Shown here one piece after another: positions 12,361 through 24,900 of a stretch of DNA of 64,000 nucleotides; position 1 is the first letter of the stretch; each line of letters begins with the position of its first letter. Under the pieces are notes generated by a model. The model searched no databases. It was not told the DNA's origin and worked only from the letters and a program-made list of their open reading frames with translations. The position numbers were made by a program, and so were the translations under genes. This DNA is from Octopus bimaculoides. Its lineage: Eukaryota. The stretch spans positions 122,029,396 to 122,093,395 of the forward strand of contig NC_068985.1 of NCBI RefSeq assembly GCF_001194135.2, written 5' to 3'.

Positions 12361-12781
12361 AAAGTCTGAACCTTAATTTACAATTCTTTTGCCTATAGCA
12401 TTCAGTACATCACTCCTTAGCATTTTTATCCAATTTCATGCAAATGAGTTATTTCCCTTAACTCGCTTTAAAAAAAATAATTAAATTTACCATGTCCATT
12501 TTACAAGAGAAAGTGAAGATTCATGATTTTCCTTTGGAAAGATACAGCAGTTGTTTCCTGTTGCCGTCTGCTGTTTTATTTACAACTGTCATGAGCAAAC
12601 TGCAGCCTGTGGGATTTTCTGAATGGCACACCATCGAAAAATTACCTTGCATCTTTTAAAGTAGTACAGCCTGACGATGAACCATGTCTCATGCAGCTTT
12701 ACTACCCAAGAAAGATTGCCCATGCTCGATTTACAGTTTACTCTGCTAATTTCCAGCTCTCCTAAGCTTACTCTTGAGGCA

Positions 12782-12953
12782 CAGAGCCTATTTGACCTTA
12801 AGGCAAGGTTACTGGTTCACGTGACCTCAAAGTATGTCCATACATCAGTGGGTCTGTGTAATACATGTCAAAGGTCCAGCTCTCTTCAGAGTCCTATGAC
12901 CCGTGAAGCCCTAGGCAACTTACCCAGTGTGCCCATGCTTTAAGTTGGCCCTG
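12782..12953 (-). mobile_element. hAT-like MITE remnant
   Basis: Minus strand starts CAGGGCCAACTTAAAGCATGGGCACACTGGG, a typical hAT-like terminus. The other end CAGAGCCTATTTGA matches at 10 of 14 positions. No 8-bp TSD is preserved. Confidence 0.4.
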
Positions 12954-13542
12954 CTCGCCACCAGATGCAGTTGATCAATCAAGATTAAACAGACTGTTCT
13001 CTGTTTAATGAGGTCTAATAAATTGAAATATATTCATAGTTGTCTGTTGCTTTCAGACAATGATCAGATTTTCTTCTAAACATGTAAATTAATTTTGGGA
13101 GATAGAATTTTAATCTGTTGAAATATCTCCTTTCTTTTTTCCTTTGAGGGTCGCTAAAATTTCCGGCAGATTTGTTTTCTTTCCCCGGCTAAGAGGGAAA
13201 TTTCAGTGAAGACATTCTTTTGCGTACGTCATTTAGTATTTACTCTTACACTCTAGCGATTTTGGTTAGTGTTGTCATATGGTTATGACAACTCTATAAA
13301 AATTCTTTTCAAAAATGCTTAACACACAGGTGGAACGTCAAACGTTTGTATTCTGCTTGGTTCTACGAAGCCAGCTATATTCACTTGTGTATGTATGTAT
13401 GTCTATTAGATTAACGAGAGAAAGAAATGCAATCTTAAGAGCGTGCATAAATTTCCAATGACATCAACGATGCATTCGAAAAGAGTTGAAACTATAATCA
13501 GTCGAAAACTGAATCGAGACTTCCCTTTCATTTACTCTACAG

Positions 13543-13731
13543 TCTTAGTACCACTACTGCTGTAACTGACTGCTTGATAAAACCGTTACTGCTAAATGTT
13601 AATGAATGCTGTTTATCCAGGCTGCAACAACCAGCATTACGTTTCGTTTCTGCATTTAGCAAGCAGGAATTCTATTATTATTGCAGCTATATGAGCAATA
13701 AGCTGCTGCTTTCTGCACTCTATCACATCTG
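13543..13731 (+). CDS. Orphan candidate symmetric exon (phase 2-2, 189 nt)
   Basis: Acceptor ttccctttcatttactctacag, donor CTG|gtaact, open frame LSTTTAVTDCLIKPLLLNVNECCLSRLQQPALRFVSAFSKQEFYYYCSYMSNKLLLSALYHI. No homolog recognised. Confidence 0.25.
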
Positions 13732-15559
13732 GTAACTAAAATGATATGGGAGCTATCAAGGGAGCTTCTAGCTGGTCGTTTGACCTGTTAGATATAGCGA
13801 CAAAATTTCCTTTCACTTATGCCCTACTGACTTAAAAATTATATGTAGGATTAGATTGGATAGTGTGGTATTAGATACATGATTAAACATTTTTTTAAAT
13901 TACGAGGTCATTGCTGGAATGCTTATGATCATTGGGTCTGCTCGATCGCTGCTTCACAAAAGGTCTTCAGCATATTTCACTGCGGTGTTATTGACATTTC
14001 GCCTACCTGTAGAAACGAATTCTTCTAACCAGCCCCCTTCCTTCCTTCCTTCCCCCCACCCCACTTCTGTCGCTTTCCCTCCCTCTCTCAGTCACTTTGT
14101 CTTTTTTCGAGCTGGAAACACACTACCTGACACCTGACAGACATGGATAAACATTTTGATACCTGAAATAATTTTAAAATTAGAATTGTGTTGCTCATGC
14201 ACGCATTGGTGCGACTGAGAAATTCTTCCGCTTTTGTAGTCAGTGTTATCAACCAGTGAGTGTTTAGCCCTGATAATTGTTCCTGGCAGCTAAATGAGCT
14301 CAGGTAAACCAACGGGATTTGAACTCCTGGACACACCTTATACACTTGACCATTCATTTCGCTCTCCATCTATATACACATGTACACTTGACGCAAAATA
14401 AAATTAAAATGGAAGTGCATGCGAATTATATACACGCATACATGCACGTGTACGTATTTTTTTTTTGAGTCAATGAGGGAGTCTCTAAGTGATTCGTCCA
14501 TCTGCTTGCTTGAGCCCAATCAAATTTCCCTCAAATCATACACCTTGTTTTAAAAAGGGAAAGACATACTAACATGCCTAGAAAAAAAAAAGACAAAAAA
14601 AAATAATAACCTGGATGGCTCTCAATTTAATCAGGGCCGACTTAGGTTCTTTTCAAGAACAATATACTTACCGTTATTGTTTGGTATATTTCGACCCAGA
14701 GTAGAATATTCAAGCATAGTGACCTAGTTCCTATTATCAGTAAGAATCACTACGTTTTATGCCTATGGTTTTTATGAAAAGCATGCATGTCTCAAGGTTA
14801 AGTTAACAAGGATATAAAATATCTTTTGCACAATTATTTTCTACACACACATACACAAGATCTTAATTGTTTGATATAGTTTAGCGTAGAATCATTTAGC
14901 GCTTCGATTCTCAGCTGAAGTTATTTCTATTTGTTCTTCTTACTTATTTTCTTCAAGAGGGCATGAACACTACACAATCCCATTTCTTCCCAATTTTAAT
15001 AATGAAGTTTGTTTCTGGGCGAATATTATGACAATTGTTATTTAAAATGTATTGAATCACACAGCTAGAATTTTTTTTAATTTTTTTTTACTTCCACTGC
15101 TTAATCACTCGGTAATATTTGTAATATAAGAGACACAAGTCTTTATTTGGTGTAAATGTAGGTTTGATATTCTATATAGATAAGCACACGGATCCCACAT
15201 TATTGAATGATGAAAGAGAAATTCGTTTTAGAAGCTAAGTATGACAAAATTCCACTGGTTACGTAAAAGCGTACATGTGCCCTTGATATTACTCCAAATA
15301 AACATAGCCGTTTTCCACTTCGTTGCTACTGCTGCTGTTACTTTAATGTTACAGGTATCCCCCGAACTGTATCTGCGTATGTGTGTAATCTAGTAGTAGT
15401 AGTAGTAGTAGTATGAGGTTTCTAATAATTACAAACTATTTTTAGTGCGCCAGCTCACCTACTATACACAAATTCAAACCGTTTGTATGCGGGGATGGGG
15501 GGAGGGGAGGAGAAAATAACTCAAATCCAGATATTTCGGGTTTACTCACTGGTTGCAGT

Positions 15560-15660
15560 TATCTACTGCTAACCAATAGGAAGTATCGTTAGGTTTTTGT
15601 TTGTTTTTAATTTTTTTCCCCAGCTAATTTCATATACGTTGCCCATATATCAGTGTCTGT
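15560..15660 (+). promoter_or_regulatory. Candidate upstream promoter of the SUN gene
   Basis: CCAAT at 15573-15577 and Inr-like TCAGT at 15650-15654 in CpG-retaining sequence, about 180 nt upstream of the ATG at 15834. Confidence 0.4.
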
Positions 15661-15833
15661 GTGTTGTCAGACGCATCGACTTTATTCGGCGACGTCTTAG
15701 TCCATATTTTTCATCTCAACGTTGTAGCATATGGCTCCTCTCTCTACTAAGACCGTCCCGGTGTCTTATTTGAAATATCAATCAGTGACTGTTTTACATC
15801 ATCTTTCATATATTAGAGATTTCCGTTAGAAAT

Positions 15834-15895
15834 ATGCAGATGCCAATTCTTAAGAATCGAGGTTATATTAACTCACAGAGCTCTCCGAGGAAAAG
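15834..15895 (+). CDS. SUN1: SUN gene candidate first coding exon ([20 protein letters not shown])
   Basis: ATG at 15834 and strong donor AAG|gtaagc. Ends in phase 2, compatible with the exon at 31908. Confidence 0.55.
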
Positions 15896-15926
15896 GTAAG
15901 CTGGAAAACCCGTGTGTGTGTATGTA

Positions 15927-15982
<56 letters not shown>

Positions 15983-18900
15983 CTTGCTGTAATCGAAGTG
16001 TAATCGATTAGTGTTTTTCTTATGACGAAAATTTTTTAGATTTAAGCTTGATTGTATATGTTATTAGTGTTCTATGTACGTATATTTGTGTGTGTGTTTG
16101 CATGCACGTTCTTTTTAACTTCTCGTTTAACTTGCTAGAATCTAGGTAAATGCGATAGTATTTGTTGCTTTTTAGATACGCTTGACAGCGAGGATCATTT
16201 TTTTCCCTTCCTTCTCAATCAATTTTATAGTTCTGTGGTTTTATTTTAAAATTCTATATTTGGTATAAACCTCATTCACCAATGAATAAGAAAAAAAAAT
16301 AATGGTTTCAATCGATTTCTATTTAGTGGTTGATTGCATGTGTCTGTATGTATGCATGTATGTCTGTTTTGTCTTATGCAACAAGCTAGATTTGATCCAT
16401 GGACATCACTTTTGCAGTGTACGACCTTGCCGATGTCCCGTGCACGCATCAAATGTGTGCATTTTTTATGCATGCATCTGTGTACATTTTGGCGCTCACA
16501 TTAGGAATCTCTTCATACTGTGGTCGTTCGACTTGCTGTAAATAGCAGCCACATTTCCCTCAGGTTACATACGACCATCTTTAAAAAATATATATATATA
16601 CCTATGTGGTCCAATATACTCTATGAACACGATCGGAATGCCTTTGATCCTTGGACTGTTCTATCAAGGTTGACGGGATGCTAAACAATTGCAGCTATTT
16701 GTAAACGCATGAAAGTCAAAAATTCGGCAATCTTTGCCAAAATTCCGTTTAAAATACTTAAAATAGATCTGGTGCTTCGAAATCTTAGTCTTTTATCGTT
16801 TTTAAAATATCACTGATGGCTACATTTTGATATTCATCTTTCAGTTTTCCTTATTTATTTTGCTTCCACTGTGTTCTTATTTTTAATTTGGTAAATTAAT
16901 CTCCAATTTTCTCTCTCTGCTGATTTCCAAAGTTTCTATATTATAAATATTCATTTTTCAACATTCGATCAATTTTACATTTGTGACCGAAATAACTGTT
17001 TTCAAATGTATTAATCCTTTATAATGATTGTTATACATAGGCAATCTCTAGGAATATAATCTGTCTTTTATATACATACACTGAGTGTGGAACTATCAAT
17101 GTGTATGGGAAATATTTTCTTGTGGATCTTTAATCGGAAAATTCTAGGTTAAGTCAACGTGATCATTTACATACTCTCTCTCCGTCCAATCTGCCTCATT
17201 CATTCATACATACACACACACACACACACATATACATACATATATATATACTCACACACACGTACGTTTGGAATCACTTGTTCATCCAGGCATTGATTTT
17301 TAAACCCCCACCCCTCCAACATATTTTAATATACTTAAAAAAAAAAAACGGCAGCCAGGTTTGTTTTGGCCATCAATTTCAGAATCAGTAAATTCTGTTA
17401 TTTCTAATTAGAAACTCCCTTCTACCATGTATGCGATTACAAACATATTTATATAAAGTACCTTTTAATTTGTATATAGATATACTTCGTTTGCATTTGA
17501 AACGTAAAAATGAATATATGCTTGCATTTGAAATTTTACTTTCATCCTCACTTAGAAAATTTAAAAAGCTGTTCATTAAAATTTTTTTATTCTTTTAGTT
17601 GATGCTTTCATTATTGAATACATTCCTATTTTTGTATGTAATTTTTATATTGTTTTAAAAAATTATTTAAAATTTTTTCCTGTTTTTTTTTTTTCTATTT
17701 ATTTATTTTGCATTTTCTGATCATGGATGTATTCAAAACCAGAATCATAATAGCGTCTTTTTCTTGCAGAAAAAAAGGGGGGGGGGGCTAAAAGAAATAG
17801 AAGAGGGAAATGTTAACAAAATCCAAGCTTAAACGTTTGAATAAACGAAAAGAAAAGGCATACTCTTTACATTAAGTAGAATATATGTGTTTTAGTATTT
17901 TTTGTCAGGTATGGGTTAATGATGCACTGAATGACAGGTATGGGTTAATGATGCACTAATTGAAACTTCTCAGTGTCAGCAAACAAAACTCTAGCAGGTA
18001 ATTCTTACTACCTGTCAAGCAGGAGAATATGTCAAGAAATTAAGGATCAGTTGCACATAATTTACAAGCTTATGGGAGAAATTTAGTTATTATATACAGA
18101 CAAGGGACATATTTCGGTTAGATTAGACTTCGTCAGCTTAGTCTACTCAATACTGCTGTGATCAACTGACAGTAGTTTTAACATATAGTGAGTTAAGATA
18201 CGGAAGAATTTTGACCAGTATAATTGGCATGATTAATGAAAGCCAATATAAGTGAATTGTACTATGCTGATAAGGTTCATAAGCCTGAAAACTGTTTATA
18301 GCTGTTCCTCTCTTTGCAAAGATCATATCTTTTCCTTGTGTATGTAAATTTCTTTTTTTTTTCTTTTTTTGCGTCCTTTTTTTAAAGCCTAGCCAGGCTC
18401 ATGGGCCCGGTTTCTATGGCTTGTGTGTTCACCATCTGGACGGGATGCCAGTCCATCGCAAAGTTATTCAAGAAACAAGAAGAAAGTGTGAGCGAAAGTT
18501 GGAGCGAAAGAGTACAACAGGGGTCGTCACCACCCCCCTGCCGGAGCCTCGTGGAGCTTTAGGTGTTTTCGCTCAACACAACACCCGGTCTGGGAATCGA
18601 AACCGTGATCCTCCGACCGCGAGTCCGCTGCCCTAACCACTGGGCTATTGCGCCTCCACATAGTATGTAAATTAATAACGGTAAAATTAATTTCTTCCAA
18701 TTATCTCTTTACTTTTAGTGTCGCTAATAATTATCTAGATAGATAGATAGATAATTATTAGCTACACTAAAAGTAAAGGAGAGATAATTGGAAGAAATTA
18801 ATTTTACAGTATTAATTTACGTTATACACACACATATCTCATTCTCTTTTCTCTTGTACTTGTTTCAGTAAAAAAAAAAANNNNNNNNNNNNNNNNNNNN

Positions 18901-21900
18901 NNNNNNNNNNNNNNNNNNNNNNNNNNNNNNNNNNNNNNNNNNNNNNNNNNNNNNNNNNNNNNNNNNNNNNNNNNNNNNNNNNNNNNNNNNNNNNNNNNTA
19001 TATATATATATATCCTTTTGAAAGCTTCGAATATTGATTTCCTGACTCCAACATATCTACATATGTTTTTATATATATATATATATATATATGTATATAA
19101 ATATAAACGGGGAATTTCATTCAGTACATTTCTTATCTTACCCCTGCCACTGATTGACGCGAGTTATTTCCCTTCGTTCTTTTTCTTATGCAAATTATCC
19201 AGGCCAAATATCCAAGCAAAAGGAATAAAATTTTTAATTTATTAAAACAGGCTTGAGTATACTACACAATTGAGGCTCATTAAGACAGAAACGCCCACAG
19301 CTGTCCCTTTTACGGTAAACAAAGATTTGATTTCCCTGCTAAACGTGGAAATAAATTTTGTGGGATTCTTAATTTCTTCAAATTCTACCGTTTACTTTGA
19401 GAGTCGCTTACAATTATCACTAGATATATAAATATATCTATGTAATTATGCACTTTTTTTTTTATAAATGACCTGATAGTATTGTAACTTCCCAAGACTC
19501 TTCGACACTTGGGGCCTCTGGGCATCTTCCAACCATACAAGTTTTATTTGTCCGTTGTTAGGAAAAATGGAATCGATCTGGCTAGTTTCTGGTCATGTTA
19601 GACTTTCATCAGAGAAAAATAAATATCTATCTTCTGTCCACTGAAAGATTAGTATCTTATAGTTATATATTATAAGTAACACTCTCAACCACAGCTTAAT
19701 TGGTTCGTCGTCTAAGTTGCTTATCAGGATATGTACTGATGTTGTTTGCAACTCCAACAGAGTCGTTCTATCTAACTTTAGCTAAAATCTTAAACTAGCA
19801 CCAAGCGACATAACTCCAGATGTGTACCTCTTCCCCCAACTTTATGAAAAGTAGTTATTTTTCAACGAAATTTTACAGCAAATACGTTTCAGATAATGAA
19901 GATTGCTATTATATCAGAATTCTCCGACCCCATCCCCTAATATTTATTCACATCAAATTCCGACATCTACACCGTTTGAAACGTATCTGTAGAATATTTT
20001 ATTTAAAGATATCCAGTATTTAGAAAGTTATGATGAAATAAATCCGGATGTAAATATTGGGATTTCCTGCGAAAACTTTTTTCTGGGGATATGAGGGGAG
20101 TTTCGAAACTCTTCTTTTCGTCTTTCAGAAAGAAAGTCGTGGTCGGAATACACATTTGTAGTTATACCCATTTAGCTCGGTGAAAAACTTTTACTAGACG
20201 TGTCTGTGGTGGTATAAAATAGATGTATGAATCATGTCGACATAATACTTAGCTTTTTTGGAGGTGGGGGGATATTTCGAAGCGTGTTATGTAATATTGA
20301 AAGTGAAACTGTCCGCTATCGAAGTCCTTAAAGCCATATTGATATAAAATACCGGTCAATGTAAAGATCTTCACCCGTGAACAAAAAAAAAAAAATAATA
20401 ATAATAAACCAGCCTACTGGGTGCTAACAAGTATGTAGAAAACGAATATGAAAAAAAAAAATTGCGCTAACGACCTTAGAGGGGGGCGGCGCTTTCGGAA
20501 ACTTCACAAGATCCGATTTTTTCGTCATAACTTACGGTAAAATGGATATATATTGATTCTTTTTACGGAATCTGTTTTGTTTTTTTGTTTTTTTGTTATG
20601 GATGATCCGATTCTGAAAAAAAAAATTCAAAATTTCAATTGCCCCCCCTCNNNNNNNNNNNNNNNNNNNNNNNNNNNNNNNNNNNNNNNNNNNNNNNNNN
20701 NNNNNNNNNNNNNNNNNNNNNNNNNNNNNNNNNNNNNNNNNNNNNNNNNNNNNNNNNNNNNNNNNNNNNNNNNNNNNNNNNNNNNNNNNNNNNNNNNNNN
20801 NNNNNNNNNNNNNNNNNNNNNNNNNNNNNNNNNNNNNNNNNNNNNNNNNNNNNNNNNNNNNNNNNNNNNNNNNNNNNNNNNNNNNNNNNNNNNNNNNNNN
20901 NNNNNNNNNNNNNNNNNNNNNNNNNNNNNNNNNNNNNNNNNNNNNNNNNNNNNNNNNNNNNNNNNNNNNNNNNNNNNNNNNNNNNNNNNNNNNNNNNNNN
21001 NNNNNNNNNNNNNNNNNNNNNNNNNNNNNNNNNNNNNNNNNNNNNNNNNNNNNNNNNNNNNNNNNNNNNNNNNNNNNNNNNNNNNNNNNNNNNNNNNNNN
21101 NNNNNNNNNNNNNNNNNNNNNNNNNNNNNNNNNNNNNNNNNNNNNNNNNNNNNNNNNNNNNNNNNNNNNNNNNNNNNNNNNNNNNNNNNNNNNNNNNNNN
21201 NNNNNNNNNNNNNNNNNNNNNNNNNNNNNNNNNNNNNNNNNNNNNNNNNNNNNNNNNNNNNNNNNNNNNNNNNNNNNNNNNNNNNNNNNNNNNNNNNNNN
21301 NNNNNNNNNNNNNNNNNNNNNNNNNNNNNNNNNNNNNNNNNNNNNNNNNNNNNNNNNNNNNNNNNNNNNNNNNNNNNNNNNNNNNNTTTTTTTTTTTTTT
21401 TTTTTTTTTTTTTTTTCTTTCTTGAATATAAATGTACTTGTCATTCATCCTGGTGCTAAAAAGCTTTTCCATATCCGAATTACTTCAACAGGCTCCATCG
21501 TTGGCTCGTTATTATAGTTAGTCACTCTCGAGGTGGTTGGTAAGTGATGTATCATTATGATTACAAAAATTACTGTACTGTTTTAAAGGAGAGAGATTCG
21601 ATGTCATCATGTTTTTCACTTTTTAACGACTAATAAATATATTCTTTGGCTTCGTATGTATGTACCTAAAAAACAGGTTGAAAGTGTAAACTCGTATTTG
21701 TCGTTCAACCATAGAAAAAAATCAGATATAAAATTGCCAATCGTTATTTCGTTGTCACTTTCGCGTTTAAAAAGATATACTGTATTTAGAAAATGTTTGC
21801 GTTATAAATTGAACGTTTATTTTGCTAAAACTTTGTTACTCCATTTTCTAACTCCAACTTAATAAACCAAGTAAATTATAGATACAGTTGTAGAAATAAC

Positions 21901-24900
21901 AGAAGTAGCTACGTAGTATTTTAATAATGATTTGTTAACATCAGCACAATACTATACTTGTTCGGGAAATGGATAGAATCGATAAAATTAACTTCTGTAG
22001 TATTTATTTTATAGATCGCCAAAGACTGAAAGTTAAAACTGATCTCGCAATACTTGACATTTTAAAAGCTGTCCCAACCTCGTGGGCAGAAAAAAATGTG
22101 AGTGGAGCACCTACACACACACACACAGAAAAAAGTTTGAAATTCCTGATAATTTTTTTCTGATTTTAACGACAAAAGTCGCATTCATTTTTTCTAGAAA
22201 TTAATAAAGAAGTTACAATTTACGTCATCTCCATACAAAACTACATTTAAAAAAAAAATAATTATAATCTGGTGAAAATTTGAAATACTTCGAGTGGTGA
22301 GAAGAAATTCCACCAGATCCAAAAGGAGTAAATCCTCCACCACTTTTAAAAAGTATTCCTGAGTTTCATCTAACAGAATACGGATCTTGTTAAATTTCTT
22401 CCAACCACTTCAAGAGTTTCAATTTTTTTTTTTTTTTTTTCATATATTTATGATATTATGGTATTTACCATTTTCGTCGAAGATTTTTATTTTTCATATA
22501 TAACACAAACATGTACATCTTTTGGAACATTATCATTTTATAAGATTTTGCAGGCAGATTTTTAAATTAACATAAACATTTATTTACTAGAGAACTTTCT
22601 AATTTGAAATACTTCAAGTGTTTAGGTGAAATTTGACCAGATCCCTTTGTTTATCTTTACTTCGAGGAACTGTTACTCCAAAACCCCACCAATTACGATT
22701 GTTTAACTCTAACGGCCGTCTCTTCGCTCGATCTTTTTCAGACGTGCTAATCACATTTTAGTAAGCATGCTGCAATGATCGCTAAAATAGTAGCACAGCA
22801 TTTAGTAAATGTGTGGTTGATTGTGGTCTTGTTTAGTTTTTATTTGTGTCAGGTCACCTCGTTTCGGGGCCTGTTTGCTTTTCTTTATTTAGTTTATAAA
22901 ATGATGTAATCTGGTAATTTCCCTTTGCTGTTGATTTTCCTGTTTTATTTTGGAATTCATGGCATTATCATACATACATATGCATACACCACCTACACAC
23001 ATCTATATGTATGTGTGTGTGTATATATATACTCTTTTACTCTTTTACTTGTTTCAGTCATTTGACTGCGGCCATGCTGGAGCACCGCCGATGAACTTGT
23101 TCCTCCAGTTTAGCAACTATTGTGTAATCTTATTACCGTAATTATAATAATGATTTTTTTCATTATTTTTCAATGAAATAGAAACAATTCTATTGTTTGT
23201 TTTTTATATTTTGACATTTGAAAGACTAATTTTTTGGGGTATGTGAATATTGTGTTTATACTTAATTTGCACGACTCAAATCCCATCGGATATTAGAAAT
23301 CTTTCTCGGAAACTGGTGTTTTCAGTGTTTCCTCAGGGCATTCCTGAACGGAAGGAAAGTCAAATTCTCATTCATTCATTCACACACACACACACATATC
23401 CCCACCGATGTCACCATTTTCTTTCATCTTGCCATGGTCGATAAAATAAGAGTACCAGTCAAGTAACGTAGTCATCGTAATCGACTAACCCACTTCTCTC
23501 AAAATTGATATAATTTCCTTGTCGCCTGTGCCCCACTGAAATGAATTCACAATCGATACCAGTCAATACTGTACATAGGATTAACTTTGCTTTTCGTTTT
23601 CTCAGGAGTTGATAAAAGAAAAAAGAACTGGTCAAATGACTTAGAAGTCTGTGGTCTTGTGCCAATGTTATTAAAATAAGAGTGGGGTGCATAACGATAA
23701 AAGTTATTGATCGCTGTGGTATTGAAGCTACGCCACTTCGTTTTTTCATTCAAATCAAGCTACATAAGTTTTGATCCTATTGGTTACAGCCATATCTGAA
23801 AATCGATCGCCTTATGTCAGTGTAAAAAATTATTTTATTCTAAGTAGTTTCAATCGTGCTCAAGTTTCTGAAACACTGAAAATGAGCTAACAGATTTTCG
23901 GAGTATTGTATTGTGAGACCAATCTCTGGATCAGCTAGATGGATGTGCTTTTACGTGCCACCGGCACGAGGGCCAGTCACACGGTACTGGCAACGACTAC
24001 GATATTTTATATAATGGAAGAACCATTTAACTGGCCAGATCCAGCCTCTCACACCTACCCTACAATGTCGTTGTAAAAATAGACAATTACGTCATCGAAA
24101 TTTCAAAGCTACAACATAATGTATGATTAATTCAAAACAATGTGAATAAATAAGCGTAACTAAGAATAATTTGAATGTTAAAGGGTTAAATGTTTCTTCC
24201 ATTATATAACTGCTTCAAATTCAGCATTGAAAAATAAAATAAGTACTTGTAAGTCATTGGAATCATTCTTACAAAGTGACCATGACTCAAAAAAAAAAAA
24301 AAAAAAAATTACTAGAAATCTTTATTTCAAAACTGTTGTTTAAACCCAAGTTTGTCCTGAAAGGCATTTCAGACATCACCAATCCATCTTTTAATATTTT
24401 CAGGACTACATTGTCTAGTGGATGCTTTTTTTTTTTTTTTTCTTTTCTAGATGGTAGTGCGGTTTGAGAAAGATGTAGCTGCACTTTCTAATAGGTCGAA
24501 TGACCATGTAAAGGCTCTCTTGGATCTAAAGAAGAGATGACAGCCATGCATTTCGCGGATGGAACAGATTCCATTTCGCAAAAGCATTAGATATATAATT
24601 GAAAAGAAATGTCTGCAACAAACAATCAAAACAAGATTATAAATTCTGTTCATGAGAAACTTATTAAAATTATTTTAAACAGTCTTTTATATTTAGTTCA
24701 ATCAGTTAGTATAACTGTATAAGAGGATTTGAGTAGGGATTCTCTTTGTAATCAACCTTCACCTTTTTCTCGTAATAAATGACTCGTTTCTTTAAATTAT
24801 TTCCCTTTTATATTGATGCTTGTGGAATTCATTGGAAATTCCAGGAATATTTCTGCTAATAATCAATACATGTGCTTCTGTTTATTATGTATTGCTATTG

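Noticed and set aside
18585-18659. tRNA gene
   Set aside because: The A/B boxes run straight into a SINE body and tail; no complete cloverleaf acceptor stem or adjacent terminator is evident.
19800-22700. Possible DNA transposon subterminal region, with about 45-bp dispersed direct repeats at about 22277 and 22601, around the gap
   Set aside because: No TIR pair, TSD or transposase motif could be identified; the gap prevents resolution.
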